Shown piece after piece: positions 1 through 8,020 of a stretch of DNA of 48,509 bases. The position numbers and the translations under genes were made by a program. The stretch comes from Gemmatimonadales bacterium (GTDB lineage: Bacteria > Gemmatimonadota > Gemmatimonadetes > Gemmatimonadales > GWC2-71-9), in assembly GCA_036395195.1 (NCBI GenBank), contig DASWDP010000051.1, forward strand, positions 1 through 48,509, written 5' to 3'. The notes below the pieces were generated by a model. The model did not search any database and was not told the origin of the DNA. It worked only from the letters and a program-made list of their open reading frames with translations. How positions within the stretch are numbered: position 1 is the stretch's first letter; every line of letters begins with the position of its first letter.

Positions 1-447
1 GTGCTGGACGACGACTACCTCAAGTACCGGCTCCGCTCCACGGCGTACCTGGCCGAGAAGGCCGTGGCGGCGGGCGTTCCGGTGGTGCAGCCGCCGGGCG
101 GGCACGCCGTGTACCTCGATGCGAAGGCCCTGCTGCCACACATCGCGCCCGCGCAATACCCCGCGCAGGCGCTGGCGGTGGAGCTCTACCGGGTCGGCGG
201 CGTGCGCGGCGTCGAGATCGGCTCGGTGATGTTCGGCAAGCGGCGGCCGGACGGCGGCGAAACGCCGGCCGCGATGGAGCTGGTGCGGCTGGCCGTGCCG
301 CGCCGCACCTACACGCAGAGCCACATCGACTACGTCGCCGAGGTGATCGGCGAGGTGGCGCGGCGCAAGGATCGGCTGCGCGGGTACCGCATGGTGGAGC
401 AGGCGCCCTGGCTCCGCCATTTCAGCGCGCGCTTCGAGCCCCTTTAG
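1..447 (+). CDS. beta-eliminating lyase family (tryptophanase / tyrosine phenol-lyase), C-terminal 148 aa; 5' end lies outside the window
   Basis: The frame is open from base 1 to TAG 445-447. The C-terminal blocks GGHAVYLDAKALLPHI, ELVRLAVPRRTYTQSHIDYV and WLRHFSARFEPL resemble the conserved C-terminus of TnaA/TPL PLP enzymes. Confidence 0.85.
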   Translation: MLDDDYLKYRLRSTAYLAEKAVAAGVPVVQPPGGHAVYLDAKALLPHIAPAQYPAQALAVELYRVGGVRGVEIGSVMFGKRRPDGGETPAAMELVRLAVPRRTYTQSHIDYVAEVIGEVARRKDRLRGYRMVEQAPWLRHFSARFEPL

Positions 448-664
448 CCCGCTCTTCGAGCTTCGCAATCAGCTTCTCCAGTTCGGCCTTCATCCGCTTC
501 AGGGCGGGGAGGAGCCTCGGTTCGAGGTCGCGCTCGATCTCCTTGCCTTCCCGCAGCACGTCCTTCACGATGTCGCGGAACCGTTCCGCCAGCTCGCGCC
601 ACGTTGGCGTGTCTTCGACCTCGGTGGGTTCGGGGGGCTCGCGTTTCGTCGGCAGCGTGTTCAC
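422..664 (-). CDS. small hypothetical protein (80 aa), highly charged and helical, probable coiled coil
   Basis: GTG at 664-662 is preceded by GGAGGA (reverse complement of 668-673), and third codon positions are G/C-rich. It is the only plausible coding part of the 696-aa antisense ORF 422..2512, which otherwise crosses two tRNA genes. It converges on the lyase gene and overlaps its 3' end by 26 nt. Confidence 0.45.
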   Translation of the reverse strand: MNTLPTKREPPEPTEVEDTPTWRELAERFRDIVKDVLREGKEIERDLEPRLLPALKRMKAELEKLIAKLEERAKGARSAR

Positions 665-767
665 GGATCCTCCAGTTGAGGGCTGCCGAATGATACGCAT
701 GAACGGGGAGGCAGGGTTCATTCGGGAGCCTGCCCGTAGCGAAACCGCGGAGCCTTGTTTATTTACT

Positions 768-807
768 ACGCGTCTGTGCGCCTCGGCGTCTAGGCGTCTC
801 GTCGTTT
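768..807 (+). repeat. tandem octamer array (ACGCGTCT GTGCGCCT CGGCGTCT AGGCGTCT CGTCGTTT) directly abutting the 5' end of tRNA-Ser(GGA)
   Basis: Read directly from the sequence. It is complementary to the array at 906-931, with GCGCCTCGGCGTCT pairing to AGGCGCCGAGGCGC with one G-U. Confidence 0.75.
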
Positions 808-894
808 GGATAGGTGGCCGAGCGGCTGAAGGCACACGCCTGGAGAGCGTGTAAACGGGTAACCGTTTCGTGGGTTCGAATCCCACCCTATCCG
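808..894 (+). tRNA. tRNA-Ser, anticodon GGA (class II tRNA with long variable arm); no encoded CCA
   Basis: Acceptor GGATAGG pairs with CCTATCC and the discriminator is G. The anticodon stem is CACGC/GCGTG with loop CUGGAGA. The variable arm is TAAACGGGTAACCGTTTCG and the T arm is GTGGG-TTCGAAT-CCCAC. Confidence 0.93.
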
Positions 895-905
895 CTACGT
901 AACAA

Positions 906-931
906 AGGCGCCGAGGCGCCGAGACGCCGAG
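906..931 (+). repeat. tandem octamer array AGGCGCCG AGGCGCCG AGACGCCG AG, the reverse complement of the CGGCGYCT unit
   Basis: Read directly from the sequence. It can pair either with 768-807 (enclosing the tRNA) or with 993-1024 (enclosing a 60-nt spacer that itself contains GTGGATGTGAGG...CCTCGTATCCAC and the palindrome AGAGGCCTCT at 952-961). Confidence 0.75.
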
Positions 932-992
932 TGGATGTGAGGGCCGAGGGAAGAGGCCTCTCCTCACCCCGCGACTCATCCTCGTATCCACG

Positions 993-1024
993 CGGCGTCT
1001 CGGCGTCCAAGCGTCTCGACGTAA
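993..1024 (+). repeat. tandem octamer array CGGCGTCT CGGCGTCC AAGCGTCT CGACGTAA directly abutting the 5' end of tRNA-Ser(CGA)
   Basis: Read directly from the sequence. It has the same unit and orientation as 768-807 and the same position relative to the downstream tRNA. Confidence 0.75.
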
Positions 1025-1111
1025 GGACAGGTGCGTGAGCGGTTGAAACGGCCGGTCTCGAAAACCGGTGTGCCCGCAAGGGTACCGTGGGTTCGAATCC
1101 CACCCTGTCCG
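1025..1111 (+). tRNA. tRNA-Ser, anticodon CGA (class II tRNA); no encoded CCA
   Basis: Acceptor GGACAGG pairs with CCTGTCC and the discriminator is G. The anticodon stem is CCGGT/ACCGG with loop CUCGAAA. It has a long variable arm and the T arm GTGGG-TTCGAAT-CCCAC. Confidence 0.93.
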
Positions 1112-1154
1112 TGCGCCTGCCCGACCCAGTCGTCTTCCACGCCGGAGGGTCCCG

Positions 1155-1682
1155 ATGCGTTGGATGAAGTCATCGCTGGTCGTGCTCGTGCCGATCGCCG
1201 CGTTGGCGTGCAAGTCCGCCGCGAGGAAGGCCGAGGAAGTGCGGTCCTGCAGCGCCATCACCATGGACGCGAAGGGCGCCGCGCAGTGTCTCGTGCTGCA
1301 GTACAAGTGGAAGCAGGCGGAGGCGCTCGCCGTGGCGACCAAGTTCCAGCAGCAGCAGGACAGCATCGCGCAAACGGCGGCGGATTCGGGGTGGCGCGCG
1401 GATGCCGCGAGGCACGTGAAGGAGGTGAAGCAGTGCGCCGTCGATCCGTCCGGAGAGATCGCCAGCTGCCTCATCGGGTATGGCTGGGCGGACGCCCGGG
1501 CCAAGGGCGCGGAAGACTCGCTGTGGCGCCACGACAGCAAGAAGCACCGGGAGCAGGTGCTCGCGTGTACCCGCCAGCGGCAGATGCAAGCCGGCGCGTG
1601 CCTCCAGCTGTACCACAAATGGAGCCCCGAGCGCGCGCTCGCCGTGGATGATTCGATTCGCCGGGCGCAGATGAGGAGGTAG
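1155..1682 (+). CDS. putative lipoprotein (175 aa) with three internal Cys-pair repeats; function unknown
   Basis: ATG 1155 is preceded by GGAGGG. The signal peptide has the lipobox PIAALAC. The pattern C-x(10-12)-C-L-x-x-Y-x-W occurs three times. The upstream extension to 1068 would run into the tRNA gene. Confidence 0.7.
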   Translation: MRWMKSSLVVLVPIAALACKSAARKAEEVRSCSAITMDAKGAAQCLVLQYKWKQAEALAVATKFQQQQDSIAQTAADSGWRADAARHVKEVKQCAVDPSGEIASCLIGYGWADARAKGAEDSLWRHDSKKHREQVLACTRQRQMQAGACLQLYHKWSPERALAVDDSIRRAQMRR

Positions 1683-2620
1683 TGGGGCACTCCGTCCTCG
1701 TCGCCGCCGAATTGCAGAACCTCCTCGAGCCCGAGCAGCTGGCCGGCCTCGACGTCACCTGGATCGGCGCGACGCAGCCCACCCCCAGGGGCGACTACGT
1801 CGCGATCGTGCCGCTCCTCTCCCGCTGGGTGGGCGGCACCGAGTTCAAGTACCTCCCCAGGCTCAAGGTCGTCGCGAACTGCGCCGTCGGTCACGACAAC
1901 GTGGACGTCGTGGCCGCCGAGCTGCGCGGCATCACCGTCACGAACACCCCGGACGTGCTCACGGACGCGACCGCCGACCTGGCGTGGGCGCTGATCCTCG
2001 CCTGCGCCCGCCGCGTCGTGGAAGGCACCGAGCTGGTGCGGAGCGGCCGGTGGACGGGGTGGCATCCCGAGCTGCTGCTCGGGGTGGAGCTGCGAGGCCG
2101 GACGCTCGGCCTGCTCGGGGCGGGCCGGATCGGGCAGGCGGTGGGCCGCCGGGCAAAGCCGTTCGGGATGCGGGTCCTGTACAGCGCGCGCAATCCGCGG
2201 CCCGACTTCGAGCGGGAGACCGGCGCCGCGCGGGTCGAGCTGTCCCGCCTGCTGCAGGAGAGCGACGTGCTGTCGCTGCACGTGCCGTCGGTCCCCGAGA
2301 CCAAGGGCATCATCAACGCCGACACCCTGCGGCGGATGAAGCCGACGGCCATCCTCGTGAACACGGCGCGCGGCGACCTGATCCGCGAGGAGGCGCTCGC
2401 TGCGGCGCTCGAGGAGGGCCGGCTCGGCGCGGCGGGGCTCGACGTCTACCTCGAGGAGCCCGCGATCCACCCCCGGCTCCTCGCGGCCCCGCGGACGGTC
2501 CTGCTGCCGCACATCGGGAGCGCCACGCTCGAGACCCGGCGCCAGATGGCGGCGATCGCGCTCGCGAACGTGCAGGCGGTGCTCAAAGGTGATCCGCCGT
2601 TGACCCCGGTGTTCCGCTAG
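1682..2620 (+). CDS. D-isomer-specific 2-hydroxyacid dehydrogenase (glyoxylate/hydroxypyruvate reductase-like)
   Basis: It has the NAD-binding motif GLLGAGRIGQAV, the blocks VNTARG and LDVYLEEP, and the catalytic-His block LPHIGSAT. GTG 1682 overlaps the upstream TAG and is preceded by GAGGAGG. Confidence 0.88.
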   Translation: MGHSVLVAAELQNLLEPEQLAGLDVTWIGATQPTPRGDYVAIVPLLSRWVGGTEFKYLPRLKVVANCAVGHDNVDVVAAELRGITVTNTPDVLTDATADLAWALILACARRVVEGTELVRSGRWTGWHPELLLGVELRGRTLGLLGAGRIGQAVGRRAKPFGMRVLYSARNPRPDFERETGAARVELSRLLQESDVLSLHVPSVPETKGIINADTLRRMKPTAILVNTARGDLIREEALAAALEEGRLGAAGLDVYLEEPAIHPRLLAAPRTVLLPHIGSATLETRRQMAAIALANVQAVLKGDPPLTPVFR

Positions 2621-2638
2621 TTAACTTCCACGCCTGAG

Positions 2639-3190
2639 ATGAGCCGGCCCGAACGGACCACCATCCTGGACGCCCGCGCCTTGTCGCGGGCGCTTCAGCG
2701 TATGGCGGTCGAAGTGCTGGAGCTGGCCCACGGCACCGGCGATCTCGTCCTCATCGGCATCCAGCGGCGCGGCGTCGAGCTCGCCGAACGGATCGCCCGG
2801 CTCATCGAGAAGGAAGAAGGGGTGCTGGTCCCCCGCGGCGCCCTCGACATCACCCTGTACCGCGACGACCTCGAGACGATCGGTCCCAAGCCGGTGATCG
2901 GCGAGACCCGCATTCCGGGCGACCTCTCCGGCAAGCACGTGGTGATCGTGGACGACGTGCTCTACACGGGCCGCACGGTGCGCGCCGCCCTGGACGAGCT
3001 CGCGGACTTCGGCCGGCCCAAGCGCATCTCGCTCTGCGTCCTGGTGGACCGCGGCGGCCGCGAGCTGCCGATCCAACCGGACGTCGTGGGGAAGCAGGTG
3101 AAAGTCAACTCGAACGAGCGGGTCGACGTGCTCCTGGAAGAGCTGGACGGGAAGGATGAGGTGAATCTGGCGAGAGCGCACGGATCATGA
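2639..3190 (+). CDS. pyrR: bifunctional pyrimidine operon regulator / uracil phosphoribosyltransferase PyrR
   Basis: It carries the PRPP-binding motif [21 protein letters not shown], has the typical ~180-aa PyrR length, and lies immediately upstream of pyrB-pyrC. Confidence 0.93.
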   Translation: MSRPERTTILDARALSRALQRMAVEVLELAHGTGDLVLIGIQRRGVELAERIARLIEKEEGVLVPRGALDITLYRDDLETIGPKPVIGETRIPGDLSGKHVVIVDDVLYTGRTVRAALDELADFGRPKRISLCVLVDRGGRELPIQPDVVGKQVKVNSNERVDVLLEELDGKDEVNLARAHGS

Positions 3191-4152
3191 GCACCGCCCT
3201 CGGGAAGGATCTGATCGGACTCGAGCACCTCTCCGCGGACCAGATCCGCCTGATCCTCGACACCGCAGAGCCGTTCAAGGAAGTGTCCGAGCGCCCCATC
3301 AAGAAGGTCCCCGCGCTGCGCGGCAAAACGATCGTCAACCTGTTCTTCGAAGCCTCCACCCGTACGCGCATCTCCTTCGAGTTCGCCGAAAAGCGCCTCT
3401 CGGCCGACACCGTGAACGTGGCGGCGAGCGGCAGCTCGGTGCAGAAGGGGGAGACCCTCGTCGATACCGCCCGGAACCTCGAGGCGATGCGGATCGACAT
3501 GGTGGTGATCCGCCACCCCTCGTCCGGGGCGGCCGGGTTCCTGGGCGACCGCATCCGTTCCAACGTGATCAACGCGGGCGACGGCCAGCACGAGCACCCC
3601 ACGCAGGCGCTCCTCGACCTGCTCACCATCCGCGACAAGCACGGCCGCATCGAAGGGCTCAAGGTCTGCCTCGTGGGCGACGTGCTGCACTCGCGCGTCG
3701 CCCGCTCGAACATCTGGGGCCTCACGAAGCTCGGCGCCGAGGTGGGGGTGTGCGGGCCCGACACCCTGCTGCCGCGCGGCATCGAGCAGCTGGGGGTGTG
3801 CCGGTTCCGCCGCATCGAGGAAGCGATCGAGTGGGCGGACGTGCTGAACGTCCTGCGGTTGCAGCTCGAGCGCATGGAGAAGGGCTTCATCCCGAGCCTG
3901 CGGGAGTACTACCGCGTGTTCGGCGTGACGCCGGAGCGGCTGGAGAAGACGCCGCGCGAGCTGACGATCATGCACCCGGGCCCGATGAACCGGGGCGTCG
4001 AGATCGATTCGCGGGTGGCCGACGGGCCGTACAGCGTGATCCTCGAGCAGGTGACGAACGGCGTGGCGGTGCGGATGGCGGTGCTGTACCTGCTCGCCGG
4101 CGGGCGGCCCGAGCTGGCCGACGCGGCGAAGGGACCCGGAGGCGCCGAGTGA
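3187..4152 (+). CDS. pyrB: aspartate carbamoyltransferase catalytic subunit
   Basis: It contains the motifs [22 protein letters not shown] and HPGPMNRG. There is an ATGA overlap with pyrR. Confidence 0.95.
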   Translation: MSTALGKDLIGLEHLSADQIRLILDTAEPFKEVSERPIKKVPALRGKTIVNLFFEASTRTRISFEFAEKRLSADTVNVAASGSSVQKGETLVDTARNLEAMRIDMVVIRHPSSGAAGFLGDRIRSNVINAGDGQHEHPTQALLDLLTIRDKHGRIEGLKVCLVGDVLHSRVARSNIWGLTKLGAEVGVCGPDTLLPRGIEQLGVCRFRRIEEAIEWADVLNVLRLQLERMEKGFIPSLREYYRVFGVTPERLEKTPRELTIMHPGPMNRGVEIDSRVADGPYSVILEQVTNGVAVRMAVLYLLAGGRPELADAAKGPGGAE

Positions 4153-5483
4153 CGCGGCCGCTGCTCCTCACGGGCGGGCGGGTGATCGACCCGAGCCGCG
4201 ATTTCGACCAGACGGCGGACGTCCTCATTCAGGACGGCAAGATCGCCGCGGTCGGCCGTGGGCTGGGCCCCCCCCCCGACGGCGCCGAGGTGCGCGACGT
4301 GGGCGGCCAGGTCGTGGCGCCAGGGCTCGTGGACGTGCACGTCCACCTGCGCGAGCCCGGGAACGAGGACGTGGAGACGATCGCGACCGGGGCGCGCGCC
4401 GCCGCCGCGGGGGGATTCACCGCCGTGTGCGCCATGCCCAACACCGACCCCGTCACCGACAACCAGGCGGCGGTCGGGTTCATCGTGCGCCAGTCGGTGC
4501 GCGCAGGGCTCGCCCGCGTATATCCGATCGGGGCGATCTCGGTGGGCGAGAGGGGCGAGCGGCTCTCCGAGTTCGGCGAGATGGTGGGCGCGGGCGCGGT
4601 GGCGGTGTCGGACGACGGCCGGCCCGTCGTGTCGAGCCACCTCATGCGCACCGCGCTCGAGTACGCGCGCACCTTCGAGATCCCCGTCGCGGACCACTGC
4701 GAGGAGCCGACGCTGGCCGCGGGCGGCGTGATGCACGAGGGGCTCGTCTCCGCCCGGCTCGGTCTGAAGGGCATGCCCGCGGCGGCCGAGGAGATCATGG
4801 TCGGCCGCGACATCCTCCTGGCCGAGCTCACGGGCGGCCACGTGCACCTGTGTCACGTCTCCACGCGCGGGTCGGTGGAGCTGATCCGCCGCGCCAAGGA
4901 GCACGGCGTCCGCGTCACCGCCGAAGTGACGCCGCACCACCTGACCCTGACCGACCGGGCGTGCGAGGGGTACGACACGCACGCAAAGATGAACCCGCCG
5001 CTGCGGGAAGCAGCGGACGTCACGGCGCTGCGGACGGCGCTCGCGGACGGCGTGATCGACTGCATCGCCTCCGATCACGCGCCGCACGCGTACGACGCGA
5101 AGGAGGCGGCCTTCGACGACGCCCCGTTCGGGATCGTGGGACTGGAGACAGCGTTCGGCGTGGCGCACACCGAGCTGGTGCTGGGCGGCGTGCTGTCGCT
5201 GCCCGAGCTGCTGCGCCGGATGAGCACGGTTCCGGCCGCGGTGTTCCGGCTTCCGGGGGGGACGCTGAAGCCCGGCGCGCCCGCCGACGTGGCGGTGCTC
5301 GACGTCGCCGCGCGCTGGACCGTCGAGCCGACGGCGTTTTTCTCGAAGAGCCGGAACACGCCGTTCGCAGGCCGCGCCCTCACGGGGCGGGCCGTGCTCA
5401 TGCTGGTCGGCGGCAAGATCGTCCACGGAGCCGAGGCGCCCGCGGAGGGGTGCGGGGGCGGGGGAGGCCGGGGAGGCCGATGA
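4149..5483 (+). CDS. pyrC: dihydroorotase (multifunctional-complex type)
   Basis: It contains [17 protein letters not shown] and the amidohydrolase block [11 protein letters not shown] take the start as GTG 4149 (GTGA overlap with the pyrB stop) rather than the 3750 start of the raw ORF, which lies inside pyrB. Confidence 0.9.
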   Translation: MTRPLLLTGGRVIDPSRDFDQTADVLIQDGKIAAVGRGLGPPPDGAEVRDVGGQVVAPGLVDVHVHLREPGNEDVETIATGARAAAAGGFTAVCAMPNTDPVTDNQAAVGFIVRQSVRAGLARVYPIGAISVGERGERLSEFGEMVGAGAVAVSDDGRPVVSSHLMRTALEYARTFEIPVADHCEEPTLAAGGVMHEGLVSARLGLKGMPAAAEEIMVGRDILLAELTGGHVHLCHVSTRGSVELIRRAKEHGVRVTAEVTPHHLTLTDRACEGYDTHAKMNPPLREAADVTALRTALADGVIDCIASDHAPHAYDAKEAAFDDAPFGIVGLETAFGVAHTELVLGGVLSLPELLRRMSTVPAAVFRLPGGTLKPGAPADVAVLDVAARWTVEPTAFFSKSRNTPFAGRALTGRAVLMLVGGKIVHGAEAPAEGCGGGGGRGGR

Positions 5484-6118
5484 ACGCGCGCGAGGCGGCC
5501 CGCCGGATGGCGTTGTGCTGCCGGCAGCTCGCGGAGCGGGGTCTGATCGCGGGGCAGGATGGCAATCTCGCCGTGCGCCTCGGGCGCGACCGCGTCCTCG
5601 TGACGCCGAGCGGCCTGATCAAGGCGCTCGTCGCGCCGTCCGACATGGTGGAGGTGGACCTGTCGGGCCGGAAGCGGCGCGGCCGTCGCAACCCCACGAG
5701 TGAATTGGACTTACACCTGCGGATCCTGGTCCGCCGGCCTGACGTGGGCGCGGTGGTGCACGCCCACCCGCCGGCGGCGACGGGGTTCGCCGTCGCGGGT
5801 GAGGGGCTGGATACACTTGTGCTGCCAGAGCTTATCTTGCAGTGTGGCCGGGTGCCGGTCGTACCTTATGGGACGCCGGGGAGCCCGGAGCTGGGGGACC
5901 GGATCGAGCCCTATCTTGCAGGCCACGCCGCCTGGCTGCTCGCCAACCACGGCGCGGTGACGGTGGGGGAAACGCTCGATGCGGCCTGGATCCGGATGGA
6001 GAGTCTCGAGCACGCGGCGCGCATCCTCGTCACGGCGCGCCTCCTCGGCCGGGTGACAGCGCTTCCGGCGGACGCCGTCACCCGCCTCAAGGCCACAGCA
6101 CGGGAGCGGGATGCCTAA
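5480..6118 (+). CDS. class II aldolase/adducin-family protein (fuculose-phosphate aldolase / MtnB-like)
   Basis: It contains GNLAVR...VLVTPSG, the SELDLHLRI block and the metal-binding region VVHAHPPAATGFA. There is an ATGA overlap with pyrC. Confidence 0.8.
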   Translation: MNAREAARRMALCCRQLAERGLIAGQDGNLAVRLGRDRVLVTPSGLIKALVAPSDMVEVDLSGRKRRGRRNPTSELDLHLRILVRRPDVGAVVHAHPPAATGFAVAGEGLDTLVLPELILQCGRVPVVPYGTPGSPELGDRIEPYLAGHAAWLLANHGAVTVGETLDAAWIRMESLEHAARILVTARLLGRVTALPADAVTRLKATARERDA

Positions 6119-6902
6119 AGGGTCTTCGAAGAGCACGGCGGTCATCCAGCGGCTGCTGGAGGAGCGGCGGCAGTATGAGGCGTGGATCGCGCGGCTGAAC
6201 AGCGCCGCGGACGCCACGCCCGAGGGCGTTCGCGTGCGCGTGCGGGCCGACTACGAGGCCCGGCTCGCGGCCGTGACCGAGGAGCTCAAGGCCCACGCCG
6301 AGAGCGCCCGCCGCGCCGTCGACGAGAAGAAGCACCTCCGGAGCGAGCTGCAGAAGAAGGAAGCGCTCGTCGCGGAGAAGCTGACCGAGACGGAGCTGCG
6401 TCATGCCGTCGGTGAGTATGACGAGGGGCAGTGGAGCCAGGTGCACAAGGACGTGCTCGCCGAGCTCGTGTCCGTGCGCGAGGAGCTGCAAGCGGTGGAG
6501 GGCGACATCGAGAAGCTCGAAGAGCTGGATGCCCTCGTGCTGGCGAAGCCGGGGATGAAGGTCGTCCCTCCTTCCACGCTGAGGCCGCAGCAGGCGGCCG
6601 GCCACCAGGACGAGCTCGCGTTCCTCAAGTCCGTCACCGAGGACGAGAAGGGCGAGGCGCCTTCGCCGCGCCGGGCGAGCGGCGCTCAGTTCCAGCCGGT
6701 GGCCCCCACGACCGACCTGCCCCGCGTGCCGAGCACTGCCCGAGCGGCGACCCCGGCACCCACGCCCATCGTGCCCGAGGTGCCGGGCGAGAATGGGGAC
6801 GAGGAAGCCGCGAAAACGCTCAAGTGCAGGGCCTGCGGGACGATGAACCTGGCGACGGAGTGGTACTGCGAGCAGTGCGGAGCAGAATTGGCGGCGGTGT
6901 AA
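6111..6902 (+). CDS. hypothetical coiled-coil protein with C-terminal zinc-ribbon (CRACGTMNLATEWYCEQCG)
   Basis: It is a 263-aa ORF with an 8-nt overlap with the upstream gene. The N-terminal half is heptad-like and charged, followed by a Pro/Ala-rich linker and a CxxC-x10-CxxC motif at the C-terminus. Confidence 0.6.
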   Translation: MPKGSSKSTAVIQRLLEERRQYEAWIARLNSAADATPEGVRVRVRADYEARLAAVTEELKAHAESARRAVDEKKHLRSELQKKEALVAEKLTETELRHAVGEYDEGQWSQVHKDVLAELVSVREELQAVEGDIEKLEELDALVLAKPGMKVVPPSTLRPQQAAGHQDELAFLKSVTEDEKGEAPSPRRASGAQFQPVAPTTDLPRVPSTARAATPAPTPIVPEVPGENGDEEAAKTLKCRACGTMNLATEWYCEQCGAELAAV

Positions 6903-6927
6903 GACGGCGCGCGACCAATGGGACGAT

Positions 6928-6955
6928 GTAGGGGCGCAGCATGCTGCGCCCCTAC
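6928..6955. terminator. perfect 28-nt palindrome GTAGGGGCGCAGCATGCTGCGCCCCTAC between convergent genes; putative bidirectional terminator
   Basis: It forms a 14-bp perfect stem (or 12 bp with a 4-nt loop). It sits 26 nt after the stop of 6111..6902 and 4 nt before the rpsT stop. A short T-rich flank is present only on the plus strand (TCGTTATTT). Confidence 0.55.
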
Positions 6956-6958
6956 TCG

Positions 6959-7216
6959 TTATTTGGCCAGTTTCCTGACCGCCGCCGCCAAACGAGACTT
7001 GTGCCGCGCCGCGTTGTTGTCGTGGATCAAACCCTTGCGCGCGGCGCGATCGAGCAGTTGGGCGGCGGCGCGGTACGCCTGCGCGGCCTGGTCGGACGTG
7101 GTGGCGGAACGCACGCGCTTCAGCGCGGTGCGCAGTGCGGAACGCTGGGCGCGGTTGCGCTCGTGGCGCGCGCGGCCTTGGCGCATAGCTTTTTTGGCGG
7201 ACTTGATTCGCGGCAC
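6959..7216 (-). CDS. rpsT: 30S ribosomal protein S20
   Basis: The protein MPRIKSAKKAMRQ...RNRAQRSALRTALK...KGLIHDNNAARHKSRL is typical of S20. It starts at GTG with GAGGAG upstream. Confidence 0.95.
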   Translation of the reverse strand: MPRIKSAKKAMRQGRARHERNRAQRSALRTALKRVRSATTSDQAAQAYRAAAQLLDRAARKGLIHDNNAARHKSRLAAAVRKLAK

Positions 7217-7240
7217 CGATGGTCTCCTCGTGAGGCGCGG

Positions 7241-7269
7241 AAGATAGAGGGTAAGTGCAGGTCGGTCAA
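7241..7269 (-). promoter_or_regulatory. putative sigma-70-type promoter of rpsT: TTGACC-N17-TATCTT (minus strand)
   Basis: The reverse complement of 7264-7269 is TTGACC and the reverse complement of 7241-7246 is TATCTT. The same hexamer pair occurs at 7282-7311 and 39327-39356. Confidence 0.5.
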
Positions 7270-7281
7270 GGCGCTACGCCG

Positions 7282-7311
7282 TTGACCGGGGCCCCGCCGG
7301 GTCGTTATCTT
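7282..7311 (+). promoter_or_regulatory. putative sigma-70-type promoter TTGACC-N18-TATCTT for the long plus-strand gene string beginning at 7370
   Basis: TTGACC lies at 7282-7287 and TATCTT at 7306-7311. It is arranged divergently with the rpsT promoter. Confidence 0.5.
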
Positions 7312-7369
7312 AGGCGGTCACCGACCCCCGAGCCGAGCTATCTCGTTCGAATTTCTCGTCTGGGCCCCG

Positions 7370-8020
7370 GTGCTCCTGTTTTCGATGGTGGCCCACGAAT
7401 ACGCCCACGCCGAGGCCGCGTACCGGCAGGGCGACGACACCGCCTACATGCTCGGGCGGCTGACGCTCAATCCCCTCAAGCACATCGACCCGTGGATGAC
7501 GGTCATCGTCCCGTTCCTGCTGTGGAGGATCGGGGCGCCCCCGTTCGGAGCCGCCAAGCCGGTGCCCGTCAACCCGCGAAAGTACCGCCAGTTCCGCCGG
7601 GGGGACATCATCGTCTCCCTCGCAGGGATCACGGTCAACCTCGGGTTGTTCGTCGTGTGCACGCTGCTGTACGCCCTGGTGGGGGTCGTGGGCAGCGCGG
7701 CGCCGTCGCTCAGCGGGACGTTCGAGATCGTGCAGCGCATGCTGTGGTGGGGCATGTGGCTGAACGTCGTGCTCGCGTTCTTCAATCTGATTCCCGTGCC
7801 GCCGCTGGACGGCAGTCACGTGTTCTACTACCTGCTCCCGCCGGGAGCTGGGCTGAAGTACCGCCAGCTGCAAGCCTTTGGATTCTTCCCCGTCATGTTG
7901 CTCGTGTGGGTTTTCCCCGGCGCGCTCCAGGTGTTGCTCTGGCCGGCCTACCATCTCATGGGCGTCGGCTGGGCGCTGGTGCGTGGGTTCGCCGTCTCTT
8001 CCGGGGCGTATCCCACGTGA
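7370..8020 (+). CDS. site-2 protease family (peptidase M50) membrane metalloprotease
   Basis: It has the HExxH motif (HEYAHA) near the N-terminus, LNPLKHIDP, NLIPVPPLDGSH and several hydrophobic segments. The GTG 7370 start leaves only 8 residues before HExxH, so the true start may be a non-canonical codon further upstream in the same open frame. Confidence 0.8.
   Translation: MLLFSMVAHEYAHAEAAYRQGDDTAYMLGRLTLNPLKHIDPWMTVIVPFLLWRIGAPPFGAAKPVPVNPRKYRQFRRGDIIVSLAGITVNLGLFVVCTLLYALVGVVGSAAPSLSGTFEIVQRMLWWGMWLNVVLAFFNLIPVPPLDGSHVFYYLLPPGAGLKYRQLQAFGFFPVMLLVWVFPGALQVLLWPAYHLMGVGWALVRGFAVSSGAYPT

Noticed and set aside
690-729. A nested hairpin (CCGAATGA...ATGAAC...GTTCATTCGG) between the small minus-strand ORF and the tRNA cluster, possibly a riboswitch or leader.
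   Set aside because: It is short, matches no riboswitch class that I recognise, and could equally be a terminator-like structure for either strand. The evidence is insufficient to call it.
422-2512. A 696-aa ORF on the minus strand.
   Set aside because: It runs antisense through two well-formed tRNA genes and through forward genes that have clear family motifs. Its composition is Arg/Ala/Pro/Gly-rich, as is typical of out-of-frame translation of high-GC DNA. Only its last 80 codons (422..664), which have their own RBS, are kept as a tentative gene.
2621-2638. A PyrR-binding attenuator/antiterminator RNA upstream of pyrR or pyrB.
   Set aside because: The pyrR upstream gap is only 18 nt and pyrR/pyrB/pyrC overlap, so there is no room for the terminator/antiterminator leader. 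I saw no ARUCCAGAGAGG-like box.
3909-5426. Long antisense or alternative-frame ORFs across the window (for example 3909..5426 -, 9866..11686 -, 21644..23719 -, 23676..25418 -, 28121..29536 -, 42493..44235 -, 4427..6118 + upstream part, 13360..15081 + upstream part).
   Set aside because: Each overlaps a gene with strong homology signatures on the other strand or frame. The translations are low-complexity (R/A/G/P) and lack recognisable motifs. Long stop-free frames are expected at ~70% G+C.
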